A DNA stretch of 64,000 nucleotides, taken from UHGV virus genome UHGV-0294963, one strand, 5' to 3'. This document shows, piece by piece, positions 9,258-18,030 of this stretch. Position 1 is the first letter of the stretch. Every line of letters starts with the position of its first letter. Source of the stretch: a virus. The position numbers and the translations under genes are program-made. The notes under the pieces are model-generated. The model was given only the letters and a program-made list of their open reading frames with translations, did not search any database and had not been told where the DNA came from.

Positions 9258-10483
9258 TTATGTATCTGGTTAATGAAATTAGTAATCGTGATTTGTCCTT
9301 GCTGCATTGTTATCGCATATTACGCAAGCCTTCTGAATTTCTTTCTGCTGTATATGACCAGGTTGAGCCGGTAGTCACAGAAATTCTGGAAGGAACGATT
9401 ACTGAGTTGCAGAGCGAAGATGGTTCACCACTGTACGCTTTCGACTTGGGCATCGAATCCATCGAAGGTTACATACCTTATCTAGAATTCGATGCGAATA
9501 ACGATGCAGATAGAAAACACCTAGAAACCCTTATTTATCTAGATAATCTAACGTTATACGGTAAATCTGCCGAGTTTCAAGAAGTGGTTCAGATAAAGGT
9601 GTACTGGGTAAACTCATTAGAGTCTATCAAGAAAGCAATTGAGCTGTATCTGAAAGCCATCGAGGAGTTAGACCCCGGTGAACTACGAAACAAGCTCAAT
9701 GATAAGAAAAACCAACCCAAAGGTATTCGTGCGATTACAGGTCGTGATGAGAATTTAGTTGAGTTTATGAATGGTGATGAAAGTCTAACTCTGCGAGATT
9801 CTGACTATATGATTACTTCAGCACTTGACGCTCAGATGTTAGTAAACCCCAGCCAAGAATTGCTTATGTCGTTACCAAGAAAACTAAAGCATAATATTAA
9901 CATAACTATAACAGACGGTGGTACTCGATATCTTTCTTCATTTTCTGGTTACACAATCAATATCAAAGGCAATGGTAATTGGGTTATTCGCGATGCACAA
10001 TGCGGTATAGATTTCGTATCAGGTAAAGGTAAGATTTATCTATGGAACTGTAAGCTGGTTCACTTCAGGCATACAATTTTAGAGAGTCATTCAGCTATGG
10101 GATATGACTGTGAATACTTATATGCACATAGGAGTCTGATAATCCTCAACCAAGGCGTTATCAGGGATGTGCATTTGGTAGGCGGTAGCACTATGGTTGA
10201 GGTTCCGACCTCGATGACCGGGGTGCAGTCTAGTTCTGATTTGCGGAATGTATCCTTAATTGGTCATGGCTGTTCCTTATATAGCTGGGTTAAACCAATT
10301 CCCGTAAAAGCGAAGAACATTCTGGGATTAGGTTGGTGGAGTACTTTTCTGGGTAGTGGTGATGCACTATATATAGGAGGACGTAGAATAGATGAGGTTA
10401 GCGGCGAGCACGATGAGGAGATGAAACCTAGTAGCATTCTTGGAATGACTATCGATAATATTCATATTCACCAGGAGGAGTGA
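9254..10483 (+). CDS. putative receptor-binding / tail-spike protein, paralog 1 of 3 (shared N-terminal ~250 aa)
   Basis: N-terminal SNRDLSLLHCYRILRKPSEFLSAVY and IPYLEF blocks shared with 10490 and 11761 genes; divergent C-terminus. Confidence 0.35.
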   Translation: MIMYLVNEISNRDLSLLHCYRILRKPSEFLSAVYDQVEPVVTEILEGTITELQSEDGSPLYAFDLGIESIEGYIPYLEFDANNDADRKHLETLIYLDNLTLYGKSAEFQEVVQIKVYWVNSLESIKKAIELYLKAIEELDPGELRNKLNDKKNQPKGIRAITGRDENLVEFMNGDESLTLRDSDYMITSALDAQMLVNPSQELLMSLPRKLKHNINITITDGGTRYLSSFSGYTINIKGNGNWVIRDAQCGIDFVSGKGKIYLWNCKLVHFRHTILESHSAMGYDCEYLYAHRSLIILNQGVIRDVHLVGGSTMVEVPTSMTGVQSSSDLRNVSLIGHGCSLYSWVKPIPVKAKNILGLGWWSTFLGSGDALYIGGRRIDEVSGEHDEEMKPSSILGMTIDNIHIHQEE

Positions 10484-10489
10484 TAGTAG

Positions 10490-11758
10490 ATGTTCTATGA
10501 TGTAGGTTCAATAACGAATAGGAACATTCAACTTCTGTATGAGTACAGGATACTGCGAGAACCTTCGGAAAACCTAACTGCGATATGTCGTGGTAGCACG
10601 CCACAGGCTGCGTATGATTTAGCGTGGTCTGTCAGTTCTCGAGTCGTCGACGGTTATGATACTGTCTATGAAGCTACGTTGTCTGGTGTAACGCCTGAAA
10701 AGAATTGTGTTCCTTTCATAGAATTTCATCCAGACGTAGGTGTGGACTGGAAATGGATAGCTGACTTTATCGATGTTGAAGTTGACGATGGTGCAGTCAA
10801 GCTCTACAGTACTACCAATTATCTAGATTCACTTTCTATGTCTGTGTATTGGTGCTATTCGTTGCGTCATATCGATAATATGTTATCAGATATTTTAAAG
10901 GATTTAGATAGACTAATTAAGGAATATGACCAGCTTGAAGATGAAATCAGGAATTTCAAAGATACAGGTCGTTATATGAAACGTCCTGAAGGTCTGATAC
11001 CAAATCTGGTTAAGATTAAGACTACTGCAGAAGGTTCTGACTTGGTTGATTCACTATATAAGATAATGACAGCAGAGAGTAATCGTCTGTTCGTCGATAT
11101 GACGCAAGATAATCTAAATCACATGGAGCATATCTTTAATGAGAAAGTAGAATTCAGATTTACCAATAAAGACCACTATGTCGTAGATGATATTATAGCA
11201 CCTATAATTCTTATTTCAGGGTACGGAGATTTAGTCCTGAAAAATATCAGAGGTCAAGTGTTGGTCACACGCTGGTCTGGTACCATAACGGTTATCGACT
11301 GTCCGGAGGTGCATCTTACCGCGGTGAATTCTGGTGATATCTGTAAGCTAACTAAGCTACAGATTAGCAAAGGTAGTACGGTTTATCTTGAAAATCAGGT
11401 TCATCGGATTAAAGAATTATCGATGTTCGCCGATAGTATCTGCAGACATTGGAGGGCAAATGTCAAATCTCTTGCTTATGTAGGTCCTGGCTGTACATAT
11501 TGGTGTTCAGCACAGGTAGCTGTACCTGGTAGGGTTCAGTTGACAGACTACGACGAGAATGACGCTTGTAATACAGTCTACGATTTCAATATGCACGATA
11601 TCATTGGGGCATTTATTTCTGACTTCAATGATATCATGATTGTGGGGTTCAAAAATCTAACTCCGAGGCTAGGTAACTCGGACGCTGAACCACAACCTGG
11701 TATGTATATATCACGCTGGCAAGCTAAGTATAGTTCAGATGTACTGAGAGGTGGTTAA
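10490..11758 (+). CDS. putative receptor-binding / tail-spike protein, paralog 2 of 3
   Basis: TNRNIQLLYEYRILREPSENLTAI, VPFIEF, VYW..SL blocks shared; divergent C-terminus. Confidence 0.35.
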   Translation: MFYDVGSITNRNIQLLYEYRILREPSENLTAICRGSTPQAAYDLAWSVSSRVVDGYDTVYEATLSGVTPEKNCVPFIEFHPDVGVDWKWIADFIDVEVDDGAVKLYSTTNYLDSLSMSVYWCYSLRHIDNMLSDILKDLDRLIKEYDQLEDEIRNFKDTGRYMKRPEGLIPNLVKIKTTAEGSDLVDSLYKIMTAESNRLFVDMTQDNLNHMEHIFNEKVEFRFTNKDHYVVDDIIAPIILISGYGDLVLKNIRGQVLVTRWSGTITVIDCPEVHLTAVNSGDICKLTKLQISKGSTVYLENQVHRIKELSMFADSICRHWRANVKSLAYVGPGCTYWCSAQVAVPGRVQLTDYDENDACNTVYDFNMHDIIGAFISDFNDIMIVGFKNLTPRLGNSDAEPQPGMYISRWQAKYSSDVLRGG

Positions 11759-11760
11759 AA

Positions 11761-14139
11761 ATGATTTATCAACTTAGTCAGGTTTCGAATAGAGATACTC
11801 AGGTTTTGTATTTCTACAGAATACTGCGGCATGCAAGTACAGACTTAGGCGCAATCTACAGGTATGATAATCCTGATGTGTATCAGCTTAGTCAGGTAGT
11901 GGAGGCTACTATAGACGACAGAACTTGGTTTGAATATCATCTGTCAGTCGACGAGAGACCAAATCGAATACCGTATCTTGAATTCAGCAGTATCGATGAA
12001 GTCGAGCTCAAGCATATCGAAGACTTGGTAGAAGTTGAAGTGAGAAGTAACGAATTGATACTTCGAGGTGATACAGACGAACTTTCTGGAAATACTTCTG
12101 TTGCTGTCTATTGGGTACCTTCTTTATCCTATATCGATAAACTACAGAAGCAGATTGAGTCCATCATTGAAGACCTTAAGAAGCGTGCCAAGGAAGATGC
12201 TGATTTAATCGACAGAATCTCGGTTAGTTCTGATTATGTGATGAACCTTGATGGTGTAATACCTAATCTGGTAAATATCGGTGAAGATGAAGAGGGTTTG
12301 ATATATGATGACTCACATTATATGCTATCAGGTCCTCTTGATGAACAGACTCTGATAAATCCTCCCCAGTCTACTGTATCTAGTCTTCTTAAATCGCATA
12401 AAGGAATGCTTATTATATCTGATAGATTAAGAGAGAATAAGGTATATCAGGGTTTCTACGGTGGCTGTATAAGGTTATCAGGGGTGTTCAAGACCTTGGT
12501 ATTGAAAGACATTACATCGATTATATTCTTGGATAACTTATCTGCGGATAGAGTAATTATCGAGAACTGCCCTGCTGTTATATTCAGAAAGACGATAAAA
12601 GACTCAGGTAAGTCTGGTAGGATTATTCGCCTAGAGCTTCGTAATTCATATCTAACGATTAATCAGTCGATAGAAATTAGAAACATCTGGTGCTACCGGA
12701 GAAGCACCGTAGTCATGAAAACAGGTAAAATTCATACCATCGGTTTTATAGAAGCTGGGTCAACTCTAGTCTATGACACACCGACTTCTAGAAATGAGAT
12801 TGAGAGAATTAACGGTACTCGGCTTCAAGGATTGTTCTACGCGAGTAATCCGCCAAACTCAATGCCGTATCTTGAAGAAATCTTCATGGCTCAAAAACCA
12901 ATTGCGTTTCAGCGTGGCACCGTCGAAGACCCAACTCCTATTTCAAAAGCCGAAGTGAGTATCTACCTAAAGCATTCTGGGACACCCGGCCCCGGCCCAT
13001 CACCAAGCGGTAAGATATATTCGCCATTCACAGATTGGTATTGGTCAGGGGATTCCCGAACTGTTCAGTTAATAGCTGAGACTGGAACTGACGGTAAAGG
13101 TTACGGAGGTGAGTCATTACCTAAGCTACAGCAGGTTCAATCTGAAATCGAAAGTCAAGGCGTTCAGCACAATATCATACTCTGGTGGGGCGTAAACGGT
13201 TTAGGATATGGTGCAGCTGCTTATGCGAGTGTGTATAAAGACATTGCAGATAATGTCGGCAGTACCGCTATGGTATTTGTCGCGACGGTGGGTCACTGCC
13301 CGAATGGTAGTGGTAGCGGGAAGTGTGACGGTGGTGCTGGGCAACCGCTTGGTCCTTTTAATGAGGAGATAGAGCAGTTTAACGAATCTTTAAAATCGGA
13401 ACTATCTAGTGCAGCTAATATTCATATTCTTGATGTAGCAAAATACATTAAAGATTTAGAAGAAGCTAACGGTGCAGCTTGGTTAACCAGTGATAATCTG
13501 CATTATAAACCTGAAGCGTCACAGATGATTTATGATTGGGTTTGTAGCCAGATAACAAATCAACAAGGTGGCGATTTCCCAGACGCTCCGGAGACCACCA
13601 ATGCTGGTAAGATTTGGAACTGGTTTAAACGTGCTGGTATAGCCAATGTGTCTACTCGACCTGAACTGATTGCTGGTATTATCGGTAACTGCCAAGCAGA
13701 GTCCTTCCCTGCTATCGACTTGCTAGGTTATGGCGGTGACCTTTATGGACCTTGGTGTGAATTGAATGCAGGATTCAGAACAACAGTGACTAATGCTGGG
13801 TATTCATTTCATAGTTATACTAGGTCACCGGGTGACGATTCTGCTGCTATACCAACAATCTTTACCTGGTTGACTCAGCAAAGTAGTAGCTGGGTAGATT
13901 GGTTAGCTGATGTAATTGACCAGGTTACTGACCAGACTGGAGAAGCTGGTGCTCGAGCTTATGCTGAGTTATTCTGTGTCTGCGTCGAACGCTGCGTTGG
14001 CGGTGAGGACTCAGTTAATGACCCAGGAGTGCATCAGATAATGACCGACTATTATGGCGGTACGGTCTATAGGTATCAAGACTTAGGAACCCGACGTGAT
14101 AATGCCGCTAATATCTATAGTCAATTTATGGGAGGTTAA
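11761..14139 (+). CDS. putative receptor-binding / tail-spike protein, paralog 3 of 3, with SGNH/GDSL-type hydrolase domain
   Basis: Shared N-terminus (SNRDTQVLYFYRILRHASTDLGAIY, IPYLEF); GDS motif WYWSGDSRTV and DNLHY (DxxH) about nt 13000-13500 suggest a carbohydrate esterase domain. Confidence 0.35.
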   Translation: MIYQLSQVSNRDTQVLYFYRILRHASTDLGAIYRYDNPDVYQLSQVVEATIDDRTWFEYHLSVDERPNRIPYLEFSSIDEVELKHIEDLVEVEVRSNELILRGDTDELSGNTSVAVYWVPSLSYIDKLQKQIESIIEDLKKRAKEDADLIDRISVSSDYVMNLDGVIPNLVNIGEDEEGLIYDDSHYMLSGPLDEQTLINPPQSTVSSLLKSHKGMLIISDRLRENKVYQGFYGGCIRLSGVFKTLVLKDITSIIFLDNLSADRVIIENCPAVIFRKTIKDSGKSGRIIRLELRNSYLTINQSIEIRNIWCYRRSTVVMKTGKIHTIGFIEAGSTLVYDTPTSRNEIERINGTRLQGLFYASNPPNSMPYLEEIFMAQKPIAFQRGTVEDPTPISKAEVSIYLKHSGTPGPGPSPSGKIYSPFTDWYWSGDSRTVQLIAETGTDGKGYGGESLPKLQQVQSEIESQGVQHNIILWWGVNGLGYGAAAYASVYKDIADNVGSTAMVFVATVGHCPNGSGSGKCDGGAGQPLGPFNEEIEQFNESLKSELSSAANIHILDVAKYIKDLEEANGAAWLTSDNLHYKPEASQMIYDWVCSQITNQQGGDFPDAPETTNAGKIWNWFKRAGIANVSTRPELIAGIIGNCQAESFPAIDLLGYGGDLYGPWCELNAGFRTTVTNAGYSFHSYTRSPGDDSAAIPTIFTWLTQQSSSWVDWLADVIDQVTDQTGEAGARAYAELFCVCVERCVGGEDSVNDPGVHQIMTDYYGGTVYRYQDLGTRRDNAANIYSQFMGG

Positions 14140-14142
14140 TCA

Positions 14143-14970
14143 ATGATTTTTAGTGCAGATTGGTATTCTACGGACGCTACGACAGGTTGGAAACTGGACG
14201 GAGCTGAAATTATATTAGATGAAGCTCTACTGAACAAAATTAGGGAGTTTAAGGAGAACACTGGTGTTTATCTAACATTACACTCGCCTATGTCAGTTGC
14301 TATCGGAAGTAAGAAGCCTGGTGTACGCTTTATGAGTACCGAGATTATATGCAATCATCTTTCATTGCTGAAGCAGATACAGCCAGGTGTAACTAATCGA
14401 ATTGTCGTTCACGCTGCTAACTTCTCAGAACGAACTCCAGAAGAAGTTTATGAGGTACAGCGTAAGACGCTCTGGTCACTCTGGTACAAGATGCGAGATA
14501 AAGGCTTGCTTGATAGCTGTTTAATCTGCATCGAGAACCTAGGTAAGATAAGTCAGGTAGGTGACGTTGCAGACATCATCAAGCTCTGCAATTTGACAGA
14601 TAATTTCATACCTTGCCTCGACTTCGGTCATCTGCATGGAAGAACACTTGGTAAGTTCCTGAACTGTAAAGAAGAATTTGAACAGGTATTTAACCAGCTA
14701 TATGCTGGATTACCCTCATGGAAGGTTAACTGTATGCACATTCATTTTTCTAAGCTAGAGTATACAGATAAAGGTGAGAAGAAGCACGTTCCGTTTTCGG
14801 TTCATAGCGCTAGACCTAAGCCCGCAACCTTCTTGCGTGCATTACCTGATAGACAAGATTTTAATCCGGTGATTGTCTGCGAGTCACCGAACTCTTATGT
14901 AGACGGTCGACGTCTTCAAAGAAATTATTATGCAAGGCGTAGAGCGCTAGAAGACGAAATACGCCTATAA
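14143..14970 (+). CDS. endonuclease IV-like / xylose-isomerase-like TIM-barrel protein (AP-endonuclease family 2-like)
   Basis: LICIENLGKISQVGD resembles the Nfo VIENTAGQG block, PCLDFGHLHGR resembles GVCIDTCHAFAAG, MHIHFSKLEY resembles MHLNDAK. Confidence 0.45.
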   Translation: MIFSADWYSTDATTGWKLDGAEIILDEALLNKIREFKENTGVYLTLHSPMSVAIGSKKPGVRFMSTEIICNHLSLLKQIQPGVTNRIVVHAANFSERTPEEVYEVQRKTLWSLWYKMRDKGLLDSCLICIENLGKISQVGDVADIIKLCNLTDNFIPCLDFGHLHGRTLGKFLNCKEEFEQVFNQLYAGLPSWKVNCMHIHFSKLEYTDKGEKKHVPFSVHSARPKPATFLRALPDRQDFNPVIVCESPNSYVDGRRLQRNYYARRRALEDEIRL

Positions 14971-14984
14971 AAGTACCTACAAAT

Positions 14985-15017
14985 AACTTCGTTTCTGTAC
15001 CTGTACTATGTTATAAT
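14985..15017 (+). promoter_or_regulatory. promoter AACTTCGT-N16-TGTTATAAT, with an 8-bp inverted repeat (ctgtacct / aggtacag) flanking the -10
   Basis: exact motif; IR ctgtacct(14996-15003)...aggtacag(15020-15027) suggests an operator. Confidence 0.6.
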
Positions 15018-15083
15018 ATAGGTACAGTAAAACACAACATGGGTTCAACAGAGCCCTAACCAAGAATTCAGGAGGTAAATGTT

Positions 15084-15980
15084 ATGGCAAGAACAACTAC
15101 TTGGGCTAGCGTAGGTACTGACGTTTCTCAGCAGACTTCTGTTGACGAAATTCTTCAGAAGGCAGGTCTCGACTATACGGTTACGAAAGAGCCGGTGTAT
15201 CTTAGAGACGGTATCCTCGTACCGAGTCGTATCGCAACTATCAAGTCTGAAACCAGAGAGCCAATCGGTCTCGTGTCCGACAGATATGAGATTTACCAGA
15301 ATGCGGATGCGTTCAAGTTCCTCGAGGAAATTCCGGATATCCAATTCGTACGAGCTGGTGAGACGTATAATGGTATGGTCTACATCGTTGGCAAGCTCCC
15401 GACACTCAACGTGCTCGACGATGCGTTTACACCATACGTCATTTTCCAGACAAGTCATAACGGTTGGTTCTCGCTCAGAGCTACAATCTGCCCGCTCAGA
15501 ATCGTCTGCCAGAATCAGTTCGCAATGTCCTTTAAGAACATGGCGAATACAATCTCAATCCAGCATTCTAAGAGACTGGAAGGCAGAATTATGGAAGCTC
15601 AGCAGCTCCTCAAGGATACAGCAATATATATGCAAGGTTTTACAAACACCGCAGAAGAGCTGGCATTGCTCAAGATTACAGATACAGACCGCAACAAGAT
15701 TTGTGACGCTTTCTTTGAGAGCACCAAAGCAATTACAGAAAGACAGCAAGCAGCTCTCATGGAGAAGAAGTCGCGCTTCAATCTGTGCTATAACGATGAC
15801 GATAATGGTAACTTCAGAGGTACCGCTTGGGGTCTCGTTAACGCACTCACCGATTACGAAACGCATAAGGAGCGTAAACAGACTGAGCATTCGGCAGACA
15901 CAGCATTTATGCAAGTCACATTTGACCCGGGTGTAATGTCAAGGATGCTCGGTATCATCAGAAATACAGTACACGCATAA
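15084..15980 (+). CDS. hypothetical protein
   Basis: 298-aa ORF with ggaggtaaatgttATG RBS directly after the promoter; no motif recognised. Confidence 0.55.
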   Translation: MARTTTWASVGTDVSQQTSVDEILQKAGLDYTVTKEPVYLRDGILVPSRIATIKSETREPIGLVSDRYEIYQNADAFKFLEEIPDIQFVRAGETYNGMVYIVGKLPTLNVLDDAFTPYVIFQTSHNGWFSLRATICPLRIVCQNQFAMSFKNMANTISIQHSKRLEGRIMEAQQLLKDTAIYMQGFTNTAEELALLKITDTDRNKICDAFFESTKAITERQQAALMEKKSRFNLCYNDDDNGNFRGTAWGLVNALTDYETHKERKQTEHSADTAFMQVTFDPGVMSRMLGIIRNTVHA

Positions 15981-16000
15981 GTAAACCATAAGTCACTTAT

Positions 16001-16037
16001 AAACCGTAGCGTACCGTGTGTATGCTACGGTTTTGCT
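16001..16037 (+). terminator. rho-independent terminator
   Basis: aaccgtagc-gtaccgtgtgtat-gctacggtt followed by tttt, 20 nt after the stop of 15084..15980. Confidence 0.6.
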
Positions 16038-16064
16038 GTATATCTCCTATGTAGTTATAAAGTT

Positions 16065-16107
16065 ATATAAGATTTACTACCGTGTGATATGCGTTAGCGT
16101 GCTACAT
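16065..16107 (+). promoter_or_regulatory. conserved 40-nt block gatttactaccgtgtgRtatgcKttagcgtgctacRtg, unknown role
   Basis: near-identical copy at 24848-24893; the TAGCGTGCTA core also appears at 37655 and 63505. Confidence 0.4.
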
Positions 16108-16124
16108 GGTTTATAACTTCGTGT

Positions 16125-16147
16125 GCGTGAACGAAATATGTTATAAT
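16125..16147 (+). promoter_or_regulatory. promoter AACTTCGT-N16-TGTTATAAT
   Basis: exact motif upstream of 16222 gene. Confidence 0.6.
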
Positions 16148-16221
16148 GTGTATACAATAAATCATTGTGTGTACTCTGGTTGTATTGATTGCAGATAGTG
16201 ACGACGTGATGAGAAAGTGAG

Positions 16222-16560
16222 GTGATACTGAGCATGAAGATAGGCTACATTAATCGATATGACTTGAAACTGAATCCGCATCTGACAGAGCGTTTCAGGT
16301 TTATTGAAGCCAGTGCGACAAGGACTATAAACAGCCAGGGTGATAAGGTACGCTCAAAGATATTGCTTGCTCCCGTTGATTACGAAGAAGTTGCGAGCAC
16401 TGCTAATATAATGAAGGAGAATCCGCAGTTGATTTTAGTTTGTGAGCCTTTTATTCTAGACGACGAGTTGCGTGAGAAGTGCAGGAAGTGGGTAGAATGG
16501 GCGAATAAAGCAGACCCGTCAGAGTATGACCCATTCATAGATGCAGAACAGGAGAGTTGA
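16222..16560 (+). CDS. hypothetical protein
   Basis: ORF with gagaaagtgaggtgatactgagcATG RBS. Confidence 0.5.
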   Translation: MILSMKIGYINRYDLKLNPHLTERFRFIEASATRTINSQGDKVRSKILLAPVDYEEVASTANIMKENPQLILVCEPFILDDELREKCRKWVEWANKADPSEYDPFIDAEQES

Positions 16561-16562
16561 TT

Positions 16563-16727
16563 ATGCTAAGAATTAAGTTCAGGTATAAAGACTGTTATAC
16601 CAAAGGGGAGACGTGGTCTGAGCAAGAATGTGTCATGAGTAGCGTTCATGAGTGCATAAAGTTCTATGGTTTAGACCAGCCTGATGTTGAGTATCAGATT
16701 GTTAGTGTAGAGGAGGTAGCGTAGTGG
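16563..16727 (+). CDS. small hypothetical protein (54 aa), below the ORF-track length cutoff
   Basis: ATG 3 nt after the previous stop; fills the gap to the next gene; ends with a ggaggtagcg RBS for the downstream gene. Confidence 0.3.
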
Positions 16728-16945
16728 GAAGAATGACGTCGGAAGCTATGAATGAGAAGTTTTATAACAATTATCGTGCTAGGTATGAAGATGACGAGTA
16801 TGAATACCATGCAGTTTCGGTTAGACAGGCTTGGTATCTTGCTTTCCAGCACTTCGGTGATGAATGTCTTGACTACCTGGCAGAAATAGACCAGGATGGT
16901 GATGAGGTTGCTATACTCTTAGACAAGGAGGAGGAAATATATTGA
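16724..16945 (+). CDS. hypothetical acidic protein
   Basis: GTG/ATG start after gaggagg RBS. Confidence 0.45.
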   Translation: MGRMTSEAMNEKFYNNYRARYEDDEYEYHAVSVRQAWYLAFQHFGDECLDYLAEIDQDGDEVAILLDKEEEIY

Positions 16946-18030
16946 AAGTTATTCACCTGGCTGACCTTCATATAGGTAAGCCATTTCACAAGAAAAGTCT
17001 GCTATTCGACCAGACCTATATGCTGAAAAATGTCCTGGATTTGATGGAATCTCAGAAAGCACATCTGGTTATTGCAGGCGATGTGTTCGATTCTGCAAAT
17101 CCATCAATCGACGCTCAGGAAGTGTTCGTATCCTTTATCAAGGAGGTCGTGAAACTCTGTGATGCGTATAATCTGACTACGATTATTATCGTTGGTAATC
17201 ACGATTCTAATAGACGTCTTGCTTTGTGGGAAGACTTTGTCGGTACTCGAGTTCATATCGTGAACGATACTGTTGAAATACTAATCGAGGGTATTCCGTT
17301 CTATGCAGTTTCTTTTGTAAAACCCACAATCGCACAGACGAAATTCAATCGCCCATTTGAGTCCTATAATGAGGCTTTTGAAGCATATCTGCCTGAAACA
17401 AATCGTGAGAATACAATTCTCATTGCGCATCAGACATTCGAAGGTTGCACTACCGGTTCGTCTGAAGCGATGTCGTTCTTTGATGATGCAGTTAGCAAGA
17501 GAATCGTTCAGGAATTCCCATTGGTAATGGCAGGTCACATTCATAAGAAGCAGAAGATAGGAAATATTTTCTATCCTGGTAGTCTTATGCCTTATGCTTT
17601 CGGTGATGAGTATGCAGGCGGTATTACAGTATGGGACATTAGTACAGGTACGGACGGTAAGCTCACAGCCGGTTCTTCTGTCTATCCTGTACATCTATAT
17701 CGTGAATTCCAGATTGTAAGAGGAGACCTTAAGCATTGTCTAGGTATCGCAGATACAGGAGCCTATATCAAGGTTGAGCTTGTCGATGAGAATGTACCAC
17801 TCGATGTGGCTTTACCTCAACTTCAGAATCATTTCAAGAATATGGTAACGGCTGTTTCTAAGATAACGGACGATTGGGAAGCCGACTTGAATAAACCAAT
17901 GGTTCAATTCGATTCAATAGAATCCGCTCTGGATAGCTTCTGTAATCAGATTGAAGTTCCAGTCCTGGAGTCTGAACAATTACGATTAGTGCAGGAGGTA
18001 GTTCATGAGATTACTGAAACTTCAAATTAA
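16942..18030 (+). CDS. sbcD: SbcD/Mre11-like nuclease (calcineurin-like phosphoesterase)
   Basis: MKVIHLADLHIGK, AGDVFDS, GNHDS, GHIH motifs; TTG start after aaggaggagg RBS. Confidence 0.8.
   Translation: MKVIHLADLHIGKPFHKKSLLFDQTYMLKNVLDLMESQKAHLVIAGDVFDSANPSIDAQEVFVSFIKEVVKLCDAYNLTTIIIVGNHDSNRRLALWEDFVGTRVHIVNDTVEILIEGIPFYAVSFVKPTIAQTKFNRPFESYNEAFEAYLPETNRENTILIAHQTFEGCTTGSSEAMSFFDDAVSKRIVQEFPLVMAGHIHKKQKIGNIFYPGSLMPYAFGDEYAGGITVWDISTGTDGKLTAGSSVYPVHLYREFQIVRGDLKHCLGIADTGAYIKVELVDENVPLDVALPQLQNHFKNMVTAVSKITDDWEADLNKPMVQFDSIESALDSFCNQIEVPVLESEQLRLVQEVVHEITETSN

Noticed and set aside
15142-15936. 264-aa + strand ORF overlapping 15084..15980 in another frame
   Set aside because: Ser/Arg-rich low-complexity translation with no RBS. 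The 15084 frame has the promoter, RBS and terminator context.
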